In this document: positions 10,579 to 20,819 of the stretch, one piece after another
Layout: each line of letters begins with the position of its first letter
How positions within the stretch are numbered: position 1 is the first letter of the stretch
Source of the DNA: Bdellovibrionales bacterium
GTDB taxonomy: Bacteria; Bdellovibrionota; Bdellovibrionia; Bdellovibrionales; UBA1609
Length of the DNA stretch: 64,000 nt
Direction: 5' to 3'
Assembly: GCA_965116175.1 (NCBI GenBank)
Contig: OZ220490.1
Location: 1,283,548 to 1,347,547 of the forward strand
Position numbers and translations under genes: made by a program
The notes under the pieces: model-generated
The model's input: the letters and a program-made list of their open reading frames with translations, nothing else
Databases searched by the model: none
What the model was told of the DNA's origin: nothing

Positions 10579-11274
10579 TTAAAATTTTTCCCTTAGGTGG
10601 GAAGACCAATCAATAGGTTCAATGCCGTTGGACTTTAAAAACTCATTGGCTTTTGAAAAGTGCCTGCATCCAAAAAAGCCCTTATCAGCGGAAAAGGGGG
10701 AAGGATGCGCGGCTGTTAAAACACAGTGTTTAGCTGTGTTGACAATACGGCCTTTTTCTCCGGCAAAGCGCCCCCAAAGAAGGAAAACCAGATTTTCCCT
10801 CTCCTCATTTAACAACTGAATAATCTGATCAGTAAATCTCTCCCATCCTTTGTCTTTATGGGAGCCAGCTTTGCCAGCCTCCACAGTTAAAGTGTTGTTT
10901 AAAAGCAAAACCCCCTGTTCAGCCCAGGATCTTAAAAAGCCGTGATGAACAATGGGAATATTTAAATCCTGTTTTAACTCTTTATAAATATTTACAAGGG
11001 AGGGAGGAACAGAAACTTTTGGAAGAACAGAAAAGCATAGACCATGAGCCTGATTGGGGCCATGATAAGGGTCCTGACCTAAAATAACCACTTTAACTTT
11101 TTCAAAAGGAGTAAGATCCAAAGCTAGAAAATACTCTTTGCCTTTAGGGTATATTCTTTTGTTGTTTTTTATCTCCTCCTGCAAAAAAGCCTTTAAATTT
11201 TTCATATAGTGCTTTTGAAATTCAGGCAGTAAACGGCTTTTCCAGGATGATTCCAATTGGATGGTTTCAGACAT
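10579..11274 (-). CDS. ung: uracil-DNA glycosylase
   Basis: Contains the [18 protein letters not shown] motif and the C-terminal HPSPFSA motif. Confidence 0.95.
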   Translation of the reverse strand: MSETIQLESSWKSRLLPEFQKHYMKNLKAFLQEEIKNNKRIYPKGKEYFLALDLTPFEKVKVVILGQDPYHGPNQAHGLCFSVLPKVSVPPSLVNIYKELKQDLNIPIVHHGFLRSWAEQGVLLLNNTLTVEAGKAGSHKDKGWERFTDQIIQLLNEERENLVFLLWGRFAGEKGRIVNTAKHCVLTAAHPSPFSADKGFFGCRHFSKANEFLKSNGIEPIDWSSHLREKF

Positions 11275-11757
11275 AAAATTTCTCTTTTCTTTTTTGTGTT
11301 GAACAATTCTGTTTGAATTTTTCCATTATCTATATTTTGATCATTTCCAACTGATAAATAAAAATCATCTAAGTTAAAAGTTCAAACAGAATCAAAGGTG
11401 TTTCCAGTTCTTACTGTTTTTTGCTCAAAAATGAGTCATACTTATAAACTTTTAAAAGACAAACCCTAGAATCAAAAAATGTCAAGCTATATTGATTTGT
11501 CAGTACTTTAAAAAGCGCCGGTGGTTATTTCCTCAAAACCCAACAAAAATCCAAACTATTCGCTGCCTCGTAAAAGAGGGTTTTATGTTATTATTGGAAG
11601 TGATGGACTATATAGAGAAAGAGTTTAATTTATCAGAGAATAAATGGGAGAGGGTAATAAGAGAGACAACAAATTATAATCCCCTTTTTGCAGAAAAAAG
11701 TTTTTCCATTGATATTTAAGCTGGACATTCTCCATCCCTTTTTTTTAAATACAATAT

Positions 11758-12360
11758 ATGAAGTCTTTACAGCAAAGTTTCTTTATGAAAGAGACAACAC
11801 AGGTGGCAGAAAAGCTTTTAGGCTGTTATCTTGTGAGAAAAATAAATGGACAAAAACTGATTGGCCGTATTGTAGAGACAGAAGCTTACTTGGGGTTTAA
11901 AGATCCCTGTTGCCACAGTTTTAATGGTTCTTACACTGACAGAACCAAAACCATGTATTTTTCCGGTGGTCACAGCTATATCTATTTTACATACGGAATG
12001 TATTACTGCTTTAATGTGGTTACAGGTTCTGAAAAGAAACCAGAGGCGGTTTTAATTCGAGCCTTAGAACCTCTTACGGGCCTTAAAGAAATGAAAGAAA
12101 ACAGAAAAAGAGAGGCTTTAACTGATCTTTGCTCTGGTCCTGGAAAACTTTGTCAGGCTTTTGATATTACCAAACTCCTTAATGGCAAAAATTTAAGCCA
12201 AGAAGGGAAAATCTATATTTCTGGAGGAGAAAAAATCCAAGAAGTGGAAGTGGACAGCCGTGTAGGGCTGCCCCTGCATGAAGATTCAGCTTATTGGTTT
12301 TTGAGATTTTATCAAAAAAACAGCCCCTTTGTTTCCCTGAAAAAGAACCAAATCAATTAA
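11758..12360 (+). CDS. mpg: DNA-3-methyladenine glycosylase (Mpg/AAG family)
   Basis: Contains IVETEAYLG..DPCCHSF, GGHSYIYFTYGMYYCFNVV and IRALEPLTG. Confidence 0.88.
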   Translation: MKSLQQSFFMKETTQVAEKLLGCYLVRKINGQKLIGRIVETEAYLGFKDPCCHSFNGSYTDRTKTMYFSGGHSYIYFTYGMYYCFNVVTGSEKKPEAVLIRALEPLTGLKEMKENRKREALTDLCSGPGKLCQAFDITKLLNGKNLSQEGKIYISGGEKIQEVEVDSRVGLPLHEDSAYWFLRFYQKNSPFVSLKKNQIN

Positions 12361-12456
12361 TTTTTGTAATACAACGCATATATTTAGCAAAATTATCTTA
12401 AAAATAAGTCTTTTTTAGAGTTTTAAATTAAAAAAATAAATATTTAAAATAAAGTA

Positions 12457-12484
12457 TTGACAAAAATCAGGACTATAGTATTAT
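12457..12484 (+). promoter_or_regulatory. sigma70-like promoter candidate upstream of tolB
   Basis: TTGACA (12457-12462), a 16-nt spacer, then TATTAT (12479-12484). Confidence 0.4.
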
Positions 12485-12611
12485 AGAGGTTGCTCTAAGG
12501 ATGTCCACCAAAGTCCCCCGGGGCGGCGGTGGCTTTCTTGAGCGTTTTTTTTGCTTATTCTCAATCCATGCTCTCTTGAAAAAATATCTTTTTTTGTTAA
12601 ACATTAAAAGA

Positions 12612-13979
12612 ATGAAAAAAACTTTTGTCAGTTTTATCTGTCTGATCTTTTGCTTTTCAGCTTCTGCAAAAATTTATGTCAATATAGGCGCTCCTAAAAA
12701 AGTAAAAAAAAGCCTGATTGCTATTTCCCCTTTTGTCCTTCAGGACTTAAATCCTAACTCGGACAAATTGATCATAGGCCAGGAGATGACCGAAAGGTTT
12801 AAAAAAAATCTAAAATTTTCTGCTTATTTTAATCTTTTATCCCCTAAAGCCTTTATAGAAAATCCTATTAAAAAATCCCCTTTTCCCTATCCTAAAGATC
12901 CTGATGGTTTCCGCTGGCAAAATTGGAAACTTATAGGAGCTGATTTTCTCTTTTTTGCAAATTATTCCATTCAGGAAGATGTGATGTTGATCAATGCATC
13001 CTTTCACAATGTTAATCTACAGAGAACCTTTTTTAGAAAAAAATACACAATCAATATCAACCAATCTTCTCAAGCTGTAGATAAAATATCCAATGACATT
13101 ATGAAAAGCCTTACCGGTAAAAATGGTGTCTTTGAAACACAAATACTAAGTGTAAGAAACACAGGCGGAACAAAAAAAGAGCTTTTTATAATGGATTGGA
13201 ATGGTGAAAACAAAAGAAGATTAACTTACCATCGCTCTATCGTTGTGTCTCCAGCCTGGTTTAATGACAAAAGCAAAGTGGCTTATAGCGCCTTTGTTTA
13301 CAATAAAAAACTAAAAAAAAGAACAGCCACTTTATTTATGTATGATTTTAAAACAAACAAAATAAAAATTTTATCCAGTCAAAATGGCGCAAATTTAGGA
13401 TCAGACTTCTTTCCCAGAGGTCAAAATATGCTTATTACTCTTGGCTCAGGAAAAGGTCTTTCAGATATTTTTAAATTAAATTTAAGATCTTTGACAACCA
13501 CTCCCCTGACAAAAGGCCCTTGGGGAGTTATCAATGTAGAGCCCAGCATTCACCCACAGACAAGAAAAATTGCTTTTTCCTCAGATAAGGGAGGCAATAC
13601 CATGATCTATGTCATGAATCCCAGTGGCAATAATGTTAAACAGTTGACTTTCTCCGGCACTCATAATTCCAATCCTGATTGGCACCCGGAAAAAGATGAA
13701 TTGGTCTTTTCCGGTCTATCCAACGGACGAATGGATTTATTTCTTATCTCTTCTAAGGGAACTCGTTTAAAAAGGTTAACAAGTTTAAAAAAAGCAAATG
13801 GCCGTTGGGCAAATTGTGAATCACCAAGTTTTTCACCTGATGGAAGGTTTGTTGTTTTTAGCAGTGATATTTCAGGCGCCTACCAGCTTTATGTCATAAG
13901 TTTGGAAGACCTCTCTATTGAAAGAATTACTTTTGATCGCTACAATTACAAGTCTCCAAAATGGTCTCCCTATTTTTAA
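12612..13979 (+). CDS. tolB: TolB-like periplasmic beta-propeller protein
   Basis: The ATG at 12612 gives the signal peptide MKKTFVSFICLIFCFSASA. Repeated propeller-blade motifs: SPAWFNDKSKVAYS, NPDWHPEKDELVFS, SPSFSPDGRFVVFSS, SPKWSP. Confidence 0.8.
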   Translation: MKKTFVSFICLIFCFSASAKIYVNIGAPKKVKKSLIAISPFVLQDLNPNSDKLIIGQEMTERFKKNLKFSAYFNLLSPKAFIENPIKKSPFPYPKDPDGFRWQNWKLIGADFLFFANYSIQEDVMLINASFHNVNLQRTFFRKKYTININQSSQAVDKISNDIMKSLTGKNGVFETQILSVRNTGGTKKELFIMDWNGENKRRLTYHRSIVVSPAWFNDKSKVAYSAFVYNKKLKKRTATLFMYDFKTNKIKILSSQNGANLGSDFFPRGQNMLITLGSGKGLSDIFKLNLRSLTTTPLTKGPWGVINVEPSIHPQTRKIAFSSDKGGNTMIYVMNPSGNNVKQLTFSGTHNSNPDWHPEKDELVFSGLSNGRMDLFLISSKGTRLKRLTSLKKANGRWANCESPSFSPDGRFVVFSSDISGAYQLYVISLEDLSIERITFDRYNYKSPKWSPYF

Positions 13980-14060
13980 ACAAGTATTCATACCACAATT
14001 TGTTGAGCTGTCAAATCGGCTGAAAATAACTTGATTATCTCCCTAAATTTAGCCTCCGTG

Positions 14061-14145
14061 ATTCTTGAACAGATAAAAGGCTTGTTTTTCATTGTAAATA
14101 CAATAAGTTAACCGAATCTTAAGTCAGCTTAAAGTGTCTTGAACC
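14061..14145 (-). repeat. about 85-bp dispersed repeat related to the leader of the IS1595-like fragment at 45.65 kb
   Basis: By eye, the reverse complement aligns at roughly four-fifths identity to 45646-45725. Shared blocks: ggttcaWgaYactttaag, ggttaac, ttgtatttaca, atgaaaaa, gttcaaga. Confidence 0.55.
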
Positions 14146-14589
14146 ATTTGTTAATTGCAGTTTTTATATGGTTTTAAGTTCATTTCTCCAAGCGCCAATA
14201 TATATCTTGCCACAAATCCAGATTTGAGTATAAAAAAACCCAGTTTTTCATAACCTTTTTACAAAAATCTTACAAAAAATAAAAAAATTTAAAAAAGGTT
14301 TAAAAAGTTCTTTGCCTATGGTATAGGTAAGGAGTATATGTTTCAGGAAAATTCTGAAGACTTTTCGGATAAGCGACCACAAAAGTCCACTCTACAATCC
14401 CTATTTTTAAAAATACTATCTTTTAAAGAGGTTTCTGACCTCCAGTAATTTATGTTTAAAAATCCAATTGTTTTTTTATTTCCCGATTTATATGTTCTTC
14501 GTTTAAATTTTTCCTGCTCGGTTTTTTTATTCAAGGTGAAAAATATGACTTTAAATCCCATACTAACTATATTTTAATCTGGCTGTCCT

Positions 14590-15624
14590 GTGTTCCTTCT
14601 TATATTTTATTTTTCTTTAGCTGTTTTTGTCTCTTTTCTCTGTTCCTTATTGGAGTCTGTAATCTTATCTGCCTCCTACACCCATATTGAAATGCTCTCC
14701 CGTAAAGAAGTGCATTATGCCCCTATGCTAAAAAAAATGAAATATCAAATTTCCCGTCCGCTCTCAGCTATCCTGACAGTAAATACAATCGCCAACACTC
14801 TAGGAGCTGCTGGAGTGGGGGCTCAGGTCCATAAGCTTTATGGCAGTCACCTTGTCACCATTTTTTCCATTGTTTTAACTTTTGTGATTCTTGTTTTTTC
14901 TGAAATCATACCAAAAACTCTGGGTTCTTCCTATTGGCGTGTTTTTTTGCCAGCTTCTGTTTATGTCATTCAGTTTCTCATTTTTATTTGCTATCCTTTT
15001 GTTAAACTCTCTCATTTTGTGAATAGGATTTTTCGCACACGCTCCCGCCATATCACAAGAGAGGACATTATTGGCGCAGCTAAAATGGGCGTTAATGAAG
15101 GAGCCATCTACAAAAATGAAGGGGGGTTAATTCAAAACATTTTAAAACTAAAAAGCCGTAAAGTCTCTGAGATTATGACTCCCCGGACAGTGATCACTGC
15201 TTTCGATAAAAAAATGACTATTGAACAGGTTTTAATAAAGTATCAGCCTCTCCGTTTTGCCAGAATCCCTGTTTATGATGGTAATTTGGATCATGTGATT
15301 GGCATGGTTCACCGATATAAAATTTTAGAAGCCCAATCTCAATCCTGTGGAAAGTTAACTGTGGACAGTTATTTAAACCCTATACATACAGTTCCAGAAA
15401 ATATGTCTGTAACAGCCGCTCTCAATCAATTTACCAAAAGAAAAGAACATATTTTTCTCGTTGTGGATGAATATGGCTCTTTATCCGGATTAGTTTCTAT
15501 GGAGGATGTTGTGGAAACCATTTTAGGTATTGAAATTGTAGATGAACTGGACTCTGTTGCTGATCTCAGAGAACAGGCTTTAAAACAATGGAAACAAAGA
15601 AAAAATAAAAACAGAAAACATTGA
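14590..15624 (+). CDS. CNNM/HlyC-CorC family membrane protein (DUF21 plus CBS pair)
   Basis: N-terminal TM block followed by a CBS-pair region (VSEIMTPRTVITAF, ARIPVYDGNLDHVIGMV, FLVVDEYGSLSGLVSMEDV). Confidence 0.8.
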   Translation: MFLLIFYFSLAVFVSFLCSLLESVILSASYTHIEMLSRKEVHYAPMLKKMKYQISRPLSAILTVNTIANTLGAAGVGAQVHKLYGSHLVTIFSIVLTFVILVFSEIIPKTLGSSYWRVFLPASVYVIQFLIFICYPFVKLSHFVNRIFRTRSRHITREDIIGAAKMGVNEGAIYKNEGGLIQNILKLKSRKVSEIMTPRTVITAFDKKMTIEQVLIKYQPLRFARIPVYDGNLDHVIGMVHRYKILEAQSQSCGKLTVDSYLNPIHTVPENMSVTAALNQFTKRKEHIFLVVDEYGSLSGLVSMEDVVETILGIEIVDELDSVADLREQALKQWKQRKNKNRKH

Positions 15625-15625
15625 A

Positions 15626-16267
15626 TTACTTTTGGGCGTCAGGCTGGTTTTTCGGCAAAGCTTTTTCAAAAGCAGGCAGCTTAAGACAGTGTTTATTGAT
15701 TCTCTCAAGCGTGGGAAAAACTGACATATCCACTTTAAATCTTTCAGCATTATAGATTTGAGGAATAAGAAAACAATCCGCCAAACTCACCTGATTCCCA
15801 AAACAAAAAGAGCCGGCGCGGCTTTGTAAAAAAACTTCGCATGGCCTAAGCCCCTGTTCAATCCAATGTTTTGACCATTGAAATTTATCTGATTGCGTTT
15901 TGGTTTCAACATAGTTTAAAACAGAAAGATTTTGCAAAGGCTGGATTCCGCTGTTAATCATTTCACAAAAAGACAAGACCTCTGCCTTTTGAAAAGAGTC
16001 TTTTGGCAGTAAAGCCGGTTCTGTCTGTCCCTCTTCTAAATAAAGAAGAATAGGAAGGGATTGAATTAAGTTTTTTTCTCCATGCTTTAAACAGGGAACC
16101 TGAGAGAAAGGATTTATTTTTTTAAAATCGTCATGAAACTGCTCCCCTCCAGATTTAACCAAATGCACAGGCTTATAGTCAAAAGACAATCCTTTTAAAT
16201 AAAGTCCAATTCTTACACGGTAAGAGCATGAAGAGCGATAATAGCTGTAAAGAGTAAGGCTTGTCAT
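15626..16267 (-). CDS. maiA: maleylacetoacetate isomerase (GST zeta class)
   Basis: The N-terminal YSYYRSSCSYRVRIGL motif is typical of zeta-class GSTs. 213 aa. Confidence 0.8.
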   Translation of the reverse strand: MTSLTLYSYYRSSCSYRVRIGLYLKGLSFDYKPVHLVKSGGEQFHDDFKKINPFSQVPCLKHGEKNLIQSLPILLYLEEGQTEPALLPKDSFQKAEVLSFCEMINSGIQPLQNLSVLNYVETKTQSDKFQWSKHWIEQGLRPCEVFLQSRAGSFCFGNQVSLADCFLIPQIYNAERFKVDMSVFPTLERINKHCLKLPAFEKALPKNQPDAQK

Positions 16268-16391
16268 CTCTAAGAAAGTTAATCGGTCAAAAGAAAAGGG
16301 TCAATCTTTAGTTTAAAAGAGAATGAAATATGTATTGCAACAAATATAAAAAACAGATATTCTTTAAGCTTTCAAAGTATAAAGGAGAAAC

Positions 16392-17369
16392 ATGAAATTA
16401 GGAACCTTGAAATCACCTTCAAGAGATGGACAACTTGTTGTTGTTTCAAAAGATAATAAAAAAGCAGCATTGGCTGATCATATTGCCCCTAATCTCAGAA
16501 CAGCTATTGAAAACTGGTCCAGAGTCAAAACAGAACTGGAAAATCTTTATACAGAACTTAATACCGGAAAAGCTCCCTCACAAACTCTTAAAGAGGAAGA
16601 GCTATTATCCCCCCTTCCAAGAGCTTTCCAATGGATTGACGGCTCTACATTTATCCAACATATCAAACTCGTCCGAAAATCCAGAAATGCCCCTTTACCG
16701 GAAACACTGACAACAATTCCTCTTGTTTATCAAGGAGCGGGAGACTGCTTTCTAGGGCCCAGGGAGGATATTCCCCAAAGGGATGCTTCACACGGCACAG
16801 ATTTTGAAGGAGAGGTTGCCGTTGTTGTGGATGATGTCCCCATGGGTGTAAGTCCAAAAGAGGCTTTAAATCATATTATTTTATTTATGCTTGTCAATGA
16901 TGTTTCTCTTAGAGCTTTAGCTCCTGAAGAGTTAAAAAGAGGCTTCGGCTTTTTACAAAGCAAGCCCTCTTCCTCTTTTGCACCCTTTGCTGTTACAAAA
17001 GATGAACTAGGGGACAACTGGAAAGAGGGTCGCATTCAACTTCCTCTTCTTGTAGATTTTAACGGGCAGTTTTTTGGAAAAGCCCATGCCGGGGAAATGC
17101 ATTTTCATTTTGGACAGGTTATTGCCCACTGTGCAGAAACCAGAAAACTGACAGCGGGAACTATTATTGGAAGCGGCACAGTCTCTAATGAGGACCCTGC
17201 AAAGGGGAGCAGCTGCCTTGTGGAAAAAAGAACATTGGAAAAACTCCAAACTGGCTCAGCCAAACAGGCTTTTATGAAAGAAGGGGATCATATAGAAATA
17301 AAAATGTTGGATGAAAAAGGCCATAATATTTTTGGCTCTATCTCACAAAAAGTGGCTTCATCCCCTTAA
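16392..17369 (+). CDS. fumarylacetoacetate hydrolase family protein
   Basis: 325 aa. Contains DFEGEVAVVVDD and GTIIGSGTVSN, as in the FAH fold. Divergent from maiA. Confidence 0.8.
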   Translation: MKLGTLKSPSRDGQLVVVSKDNKKAALADHIAPNLRTAIENWSRVKTELENLYTELNTGKAPSQTLKEEELLSPLPRAFQWIDGSTFIQHIKLVRKSRNAPLPETLTTIPLVYQGAGDCFLGPREDIPQRDASHGTDFEGEVAVVVDDVPMGVSPKEALNHIILFMLVNDVSLRALAPEELKRGFGFLQSKPSSSFAPFAVTKDELGDNWKEGRIQLPLLVDFNGQFFGKAHAGEMHFHFGQVIAHCAETRKLTAGTIIGSGTVSNEDPAKGSSCLVEKRTLEKLQTGSAKQAFMKEGDHIEIKMLDEKGHNIFGSISQKVASSP

Positions 17370-17394
17370 GATTTTACACTGTTTTTCATAGCGC

Positions 17395-18528
17395 TTAAGG
17401 CATTTTTAGTTCTTTGCAAAAAGTTTCAAATGGCAAAACACGAACTCCCTTGGACTCATAATCCTTTTGTTTGAAATGAACCTGATAAAATTTAGGAATT
17501 TTTGTTCTCTTTTGAAAGTAAGAGATAGGGGATGAAAGAGATGTCCCCGATTTACATTCCACTGAAAAAACTGGCTGTTTGTTTTTTAAAATGACAAAAT
17601 CCAATTCTCTTTTATCTGTATCCCTTAAAAACCTGAGCTCCATTTTTTCCCCTTCTGTATCTTCTATAAAATGGCAATACTTAAGAAGCTGGCAGGCCAC
17701 TAGATTTTCAAAACGCGCGCCTGGATTGTTAATGGATGACCAATCATAAAGATATAATTTTTTCTCTTTTTTAACAGCCCGTATTTTAGCAGAACCAAAG
17801 GGCAAAATACGAAAACAAACAAATAAACTTTCAAGAATACATATCCACCTTTCTACTGTTTCATGAGACACTTCCAGATCCTCCTTTAAGCTTTTTATAG
17901 ATAAAGGGGAGCCTATTTTTTGAGGAAGAGTATCTATAAGGATTTCCATTATATCCAATTCCCTTATTCTCTCTAAATCTCTAATATCCTCTTGGATCAA
18001 CTGAGATAGACGCTCATTTCTCCATTTATTTAGAATTTTTTGCGAACCTGAAAAAAGCGGCTCCGGAAATCCGCTCAAATTTAACAAAGTGTTAAAATCC
18101 TCTTTTGTGGGGCTGGTATTTAATTCTCTTAAAGAAAAAGGATGCAAACGATAGGAATAATAACGGCCTTGTAAAGAATCCCCTCCCCTATTGTAATGCT
18201 TTAAATTTCCTGAACCGGTTATAAGAAAATATCTTGAAGATTTTCTTTTGTCATAAAGACCTTTTAGAAAATTTCTCCATCGGGAATATTTGTGAATTTC
18301 ATCAAAAATTAAAAGTTTTTCATGGGGGGGAAATTCTTCAGCCAATATCTTCTTTCTATCAGCTCTGTAATCCCAATTAAAGTAAGCGGGATGACTTTCT
18401 ATTCCTTTCTTCAATAAGGCCAAAGATAAAGTTGTTTTTCCCACTTGTCTTGGACCATATACAAACACCATTTTTTGCTTTAAATCCTCTCTGATATGAG
18501 TTGTTAAATACCTTTTTCCTATTTTCAT
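17395..18528 (-). CDS. AAA+ ATPase of the DUF4143-containing family
   Basis: Walker A VYGPRQVGKTTL and Walker B LLIFDEIHK. The C-terminal region is typical of DUF4143 ATPases (ELDFVI...ECK). Confidence 0.75.
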   Translation of the reverse strand: MKIGKRYLTTHIREDLKQKMVFVYGPRQVGKTTLSLALLKKGIESHPAYFNWDYRADRKKILAEEFPPHEKLLIFDEIHKYSRWRNFLKGLYDKRKSSRYFLITGSGNLKHYNRGGDSLQGRYYSYRLHPFSLRELNTSPTKEDFNTLLNLSGFPEPLFSGSQKILNKWRNERLSQLIQEDIRDLERIRELDIMEILIDTLPQKIGSPLSIKSLKEDLEVSHETVERWICILESLFVCFRILPFGSAKIRAVKKEKKLYLYDWSSINNPGARFENLVACQLLKYCHFIEDTEGEKMELRFLRDTDKRELDFVILKNKQPVFSVECKSGTSLSSPISYFQKRTKIPKFYQVHFKQKDYESKGVRVLPFETFCKELKMP

Positions 18529-18752
18529 AATGTCATATTAGCAAACTTTATATTATGAGTAAAGTCATATAGACTCTATTTTACTCATAAGTAAAATCAC
18601 ATTGACCTTACTTTTTTAATATTCAGCCTGTTATTCAAAAAGCCTTCCTATAGTCCTGAATAAAAAGAATCCGCTTAATAAACTGGAGAGTTTTAAACAG
18701 GACTAACATAATGATTTTTACAATTTTTTTTATTTTTCAACCAGAATAGGTT

Positions 18753-19262
18753 ATGATGTATTTCTATAAAACGAGATATGCAGGTAAAAAAGTGAATATT
18801 TTTCAAAAACTTAAAGATAAAATCAAGAAAAAGCTTTCTTTAGCTCCTTTGCTTACTTTAGCCGGTTTTGTTCTTTTTCTCGGTATTTCCTGGTTTTACA
18901 TATCTCAACCCTCTATAGAAGAGGAGGAACAAATGCATGGCCTCCTTCAGGATAAGTTTCAAACCCTCATCTCTAATTTTGTAGCCAATAAACATCCCGA
19001 AGTGAATCAAATTGTCTTCCACAAAGTATGGACAAAAAATACTTCTGACCCTAATCAAATAGAAATATTTTTTAACTACTCCTTATTTACAGAAGGGCCT
19101 GAAGGGGGAGAGCTTTTCATAATAGGGGAATCTATATTGGAAAAGTCACAGGAACAAGAAGATCTGTGGACTGTTCAAAATTTCAAGGTGACAGACAGCT
19201 CTGTAGGTTTTTCTGAACCCCTTATTATAAAAGGAAGTCTTCCTCAGAAAGAGGTCAACTAA
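18753..19262 (+). CDS. hypothetical membrane-anchored protein
   Basis: 169-aa ORF with one TM segment (LAPLLTLAGFVLFLGISWFYI). The start is uncertain and no family was recognised. Confidence 0.45.
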   Translation: MMYFYKTRYAGKKVNIFQKLKDKIKKKLSLAPLLTLAGFVLFLGISWFYISQPSIEEEEQMHGLLQDKFQTLISNFVANKHPEVNQIVFHKVWTKNTSDPNQIEIFFNYSLFTEGPEGGELFIIGESILEKSQEQEDLWTVQNFKVTDSSVGFSEPLIIKGSLPQKEVN

Positions 19263-19270
19263 ACCAACCT

Positions 19271-20065
19271 TCAATTAGCATAATTCAAAAATTTTTTTAA
19301 GGCTCTTATAAAAGGTTCAGGTTGATCAGCATGAAGCCAGTGTCCACTATCTTTTATCTCTTTCCCAGTTATAAAAGGATTGAGCTGTAAAGTTTTTTTA
19401 AAATCAGACAACAAAAAGTGCTTTGAATTTTTCCCCCTTAAAAAAAGAATTGGTATTTCTAAAGTTTTTATCAAGAAAGGGTAATAATATTCCCTTATAT
19501 TAAGCAGGAGCTTTAAAAGTCCTTTTTTGTCAAATACAAAATTTATAGCGCCATCACTTTTTTTCTCCAAACTAACCATTAAAAAATCTGCCATGGATTT
19601 TGAAAAAATCCCTTTTTCAATGGACTGTTTGAAAAAGTCACTGGCCGCAGAGCGATTAGAAAAAGAGTCAGGAAGATGTAACAAAATAGCTCTTATTTGT
19701 TCTACTGAATGAGCCTGCGGCCAAGGGGAGCCATCCACAATAATTATTTTCTCAACATAGTCTGGATAATTATGGCTAAACAGGATGGACACATAAGCCC
19801 CTAAAGAATGTCCAACAATAGTAACCTTATTCCATTTAAGATGTTCTAAAAGATTTTTTAAATCTTGAGCCAACTGTTCCACTGTATAAGGCTCTTTATG
19901 AAAAGATCTTCCATGTCCTCTTTGATCATAGAGAAGACCTGTGTAATCTTTTTTAAAAGCCTGACTGATACTGTAAAAATTCCGCCAGAAACCCAAGATT
20001 CCATGAATAAAAACAAGAGGCTTGTCCCCTTCTCCTATAAGTCTGTAATAAATCTTTTCTTTCAT
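19271..20065 (-). CDS. alpha/beta hydrolase
   Basis: Contains FIHGILG, the nucleophile elbow GHSLGA and a C-terminal GHWLH. Confidence 0.85.
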   Translation of the reverse strand: MKEKIYYRLIGEGDKPLVFIHGILGFWRNFYSISQAFKKDYTGLLYDQRGHGRSFHKEPYTVEQLAQDLKNLLEHLKWNKVTIVGHSLGAYVSILFSHNYPDYVEKIIIVDGSPWPQAHSVEQIRAILLHLPDSFSNRSAASDFFKQSIEKGIFSKSMADFLMVSLEKKSDGAINFVFDKKGLLKLLLNIREYYYPFLIKTLEIPILFLRGKNSKHFLLSDFKKTLQLNPFITGKEIKDSGHWLHADQPEPFIRALKKFLNYAN

Positions 20066-20147
20066 TGAGTTTTTTAAATTTTTTTAAAAAAAGTATTAAA
20101 AAATACTTAACAATACTATTACTTGTTAACTTTTTCCTTAGGACAAA

Positions 20148-20561
20148 CTAAAATTTATCTTTAGGATTTTTTATAAAACTTTTGATTTCAATACAGTGTC
20201 CAAAGGGGTCTTTAAAAAACATGGTTTTTTGCTCTCCCTCTTTACCCTCAAACCGGATTTGTGGTTTCAAAATAAACGAAATTTTAGTTTTGTCCAATAA
20301 CTCTTCCAATGATTTAAAATCTTCAAAAGGGACAATCAAACCAAAATGAGGGATGGGTACTGATTGCCCGTCCACCGGATTATACTGAATGAAAGAGCTT
20401 GCTTTTTCAATTAAATGACAGCTCAGTTGGTGACCAAAAAAGTTAAAATCCACCCAAAGCCTATCCGAACGACCCTCTTTTGCGCCAAGAACACCTGTAT
20501 AAAAATCTCTTGCTTTTTGAAGATTTGTCACTCCAATAGCTAAGTGAAAAGCCGTTTTCAT
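20148..20561 (-). CDS. VOC (glyoxalase/dioxygenase) family protein
   Basis: 137 aa. The N-terminal FHLAIGVTNLQKARDFY and C-terminal FKDPFGHCIEI are typical of VOC folds. Confidence 0.7.
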   Translation of the reverse strand: MKTAFHLAIGVTNLQKARDFYTGVLGAKEGRSDRLWVDFNFFGHQLSCHLIEKASSFIQYNPVDGQSVPIPHFGLIVPFEDFKSLEELLDKTKISFILKPQIRFEGKEGEQKTMFFKDPFGHCIEIKSFIKNPKDKF

Positions 20562-20819
20562 TTATTTCCTCTCAAGGTTTTTGCTTAATATACATCATCT
20601 TATTTTTGTTTTAAAGCCCTTTTGCATCCTAAAAAAATAACAAATGCAATAGCAAAGCTGGCCCGAATATTATACCTTTTAGAAAAGCCTATTAGTCTCC
20701 AAACAAGCCGGCGGCATAGTCCTTTGAATGCTAAACTTCTATATAAAATATGTTTACAGCAATAATTTGACTTTTAATCTTATAGGACTTAAACTTAATA
20801 AAAAGTTATAGGAATTTAT

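Noticed and set aside
11492-11900. ORFs 11492..11719 and 11688..11900 between ung and mpg
   Set aside because: They have no recognisable motifs. One overlaps the mpg start and the region serves as the divergent promoter. At most a 44-aa peptide (MLLLEVMDYIEKEF...) could be real, but it cannot be supported.
14381-14395. 14-mer aaagtccactctac shared with 37510-37523, as a possible further IS-related repeat
   Set aside because: The match does not extend on either side. A single 14-mer match is expected by chance among all position pairs in 64 kb.
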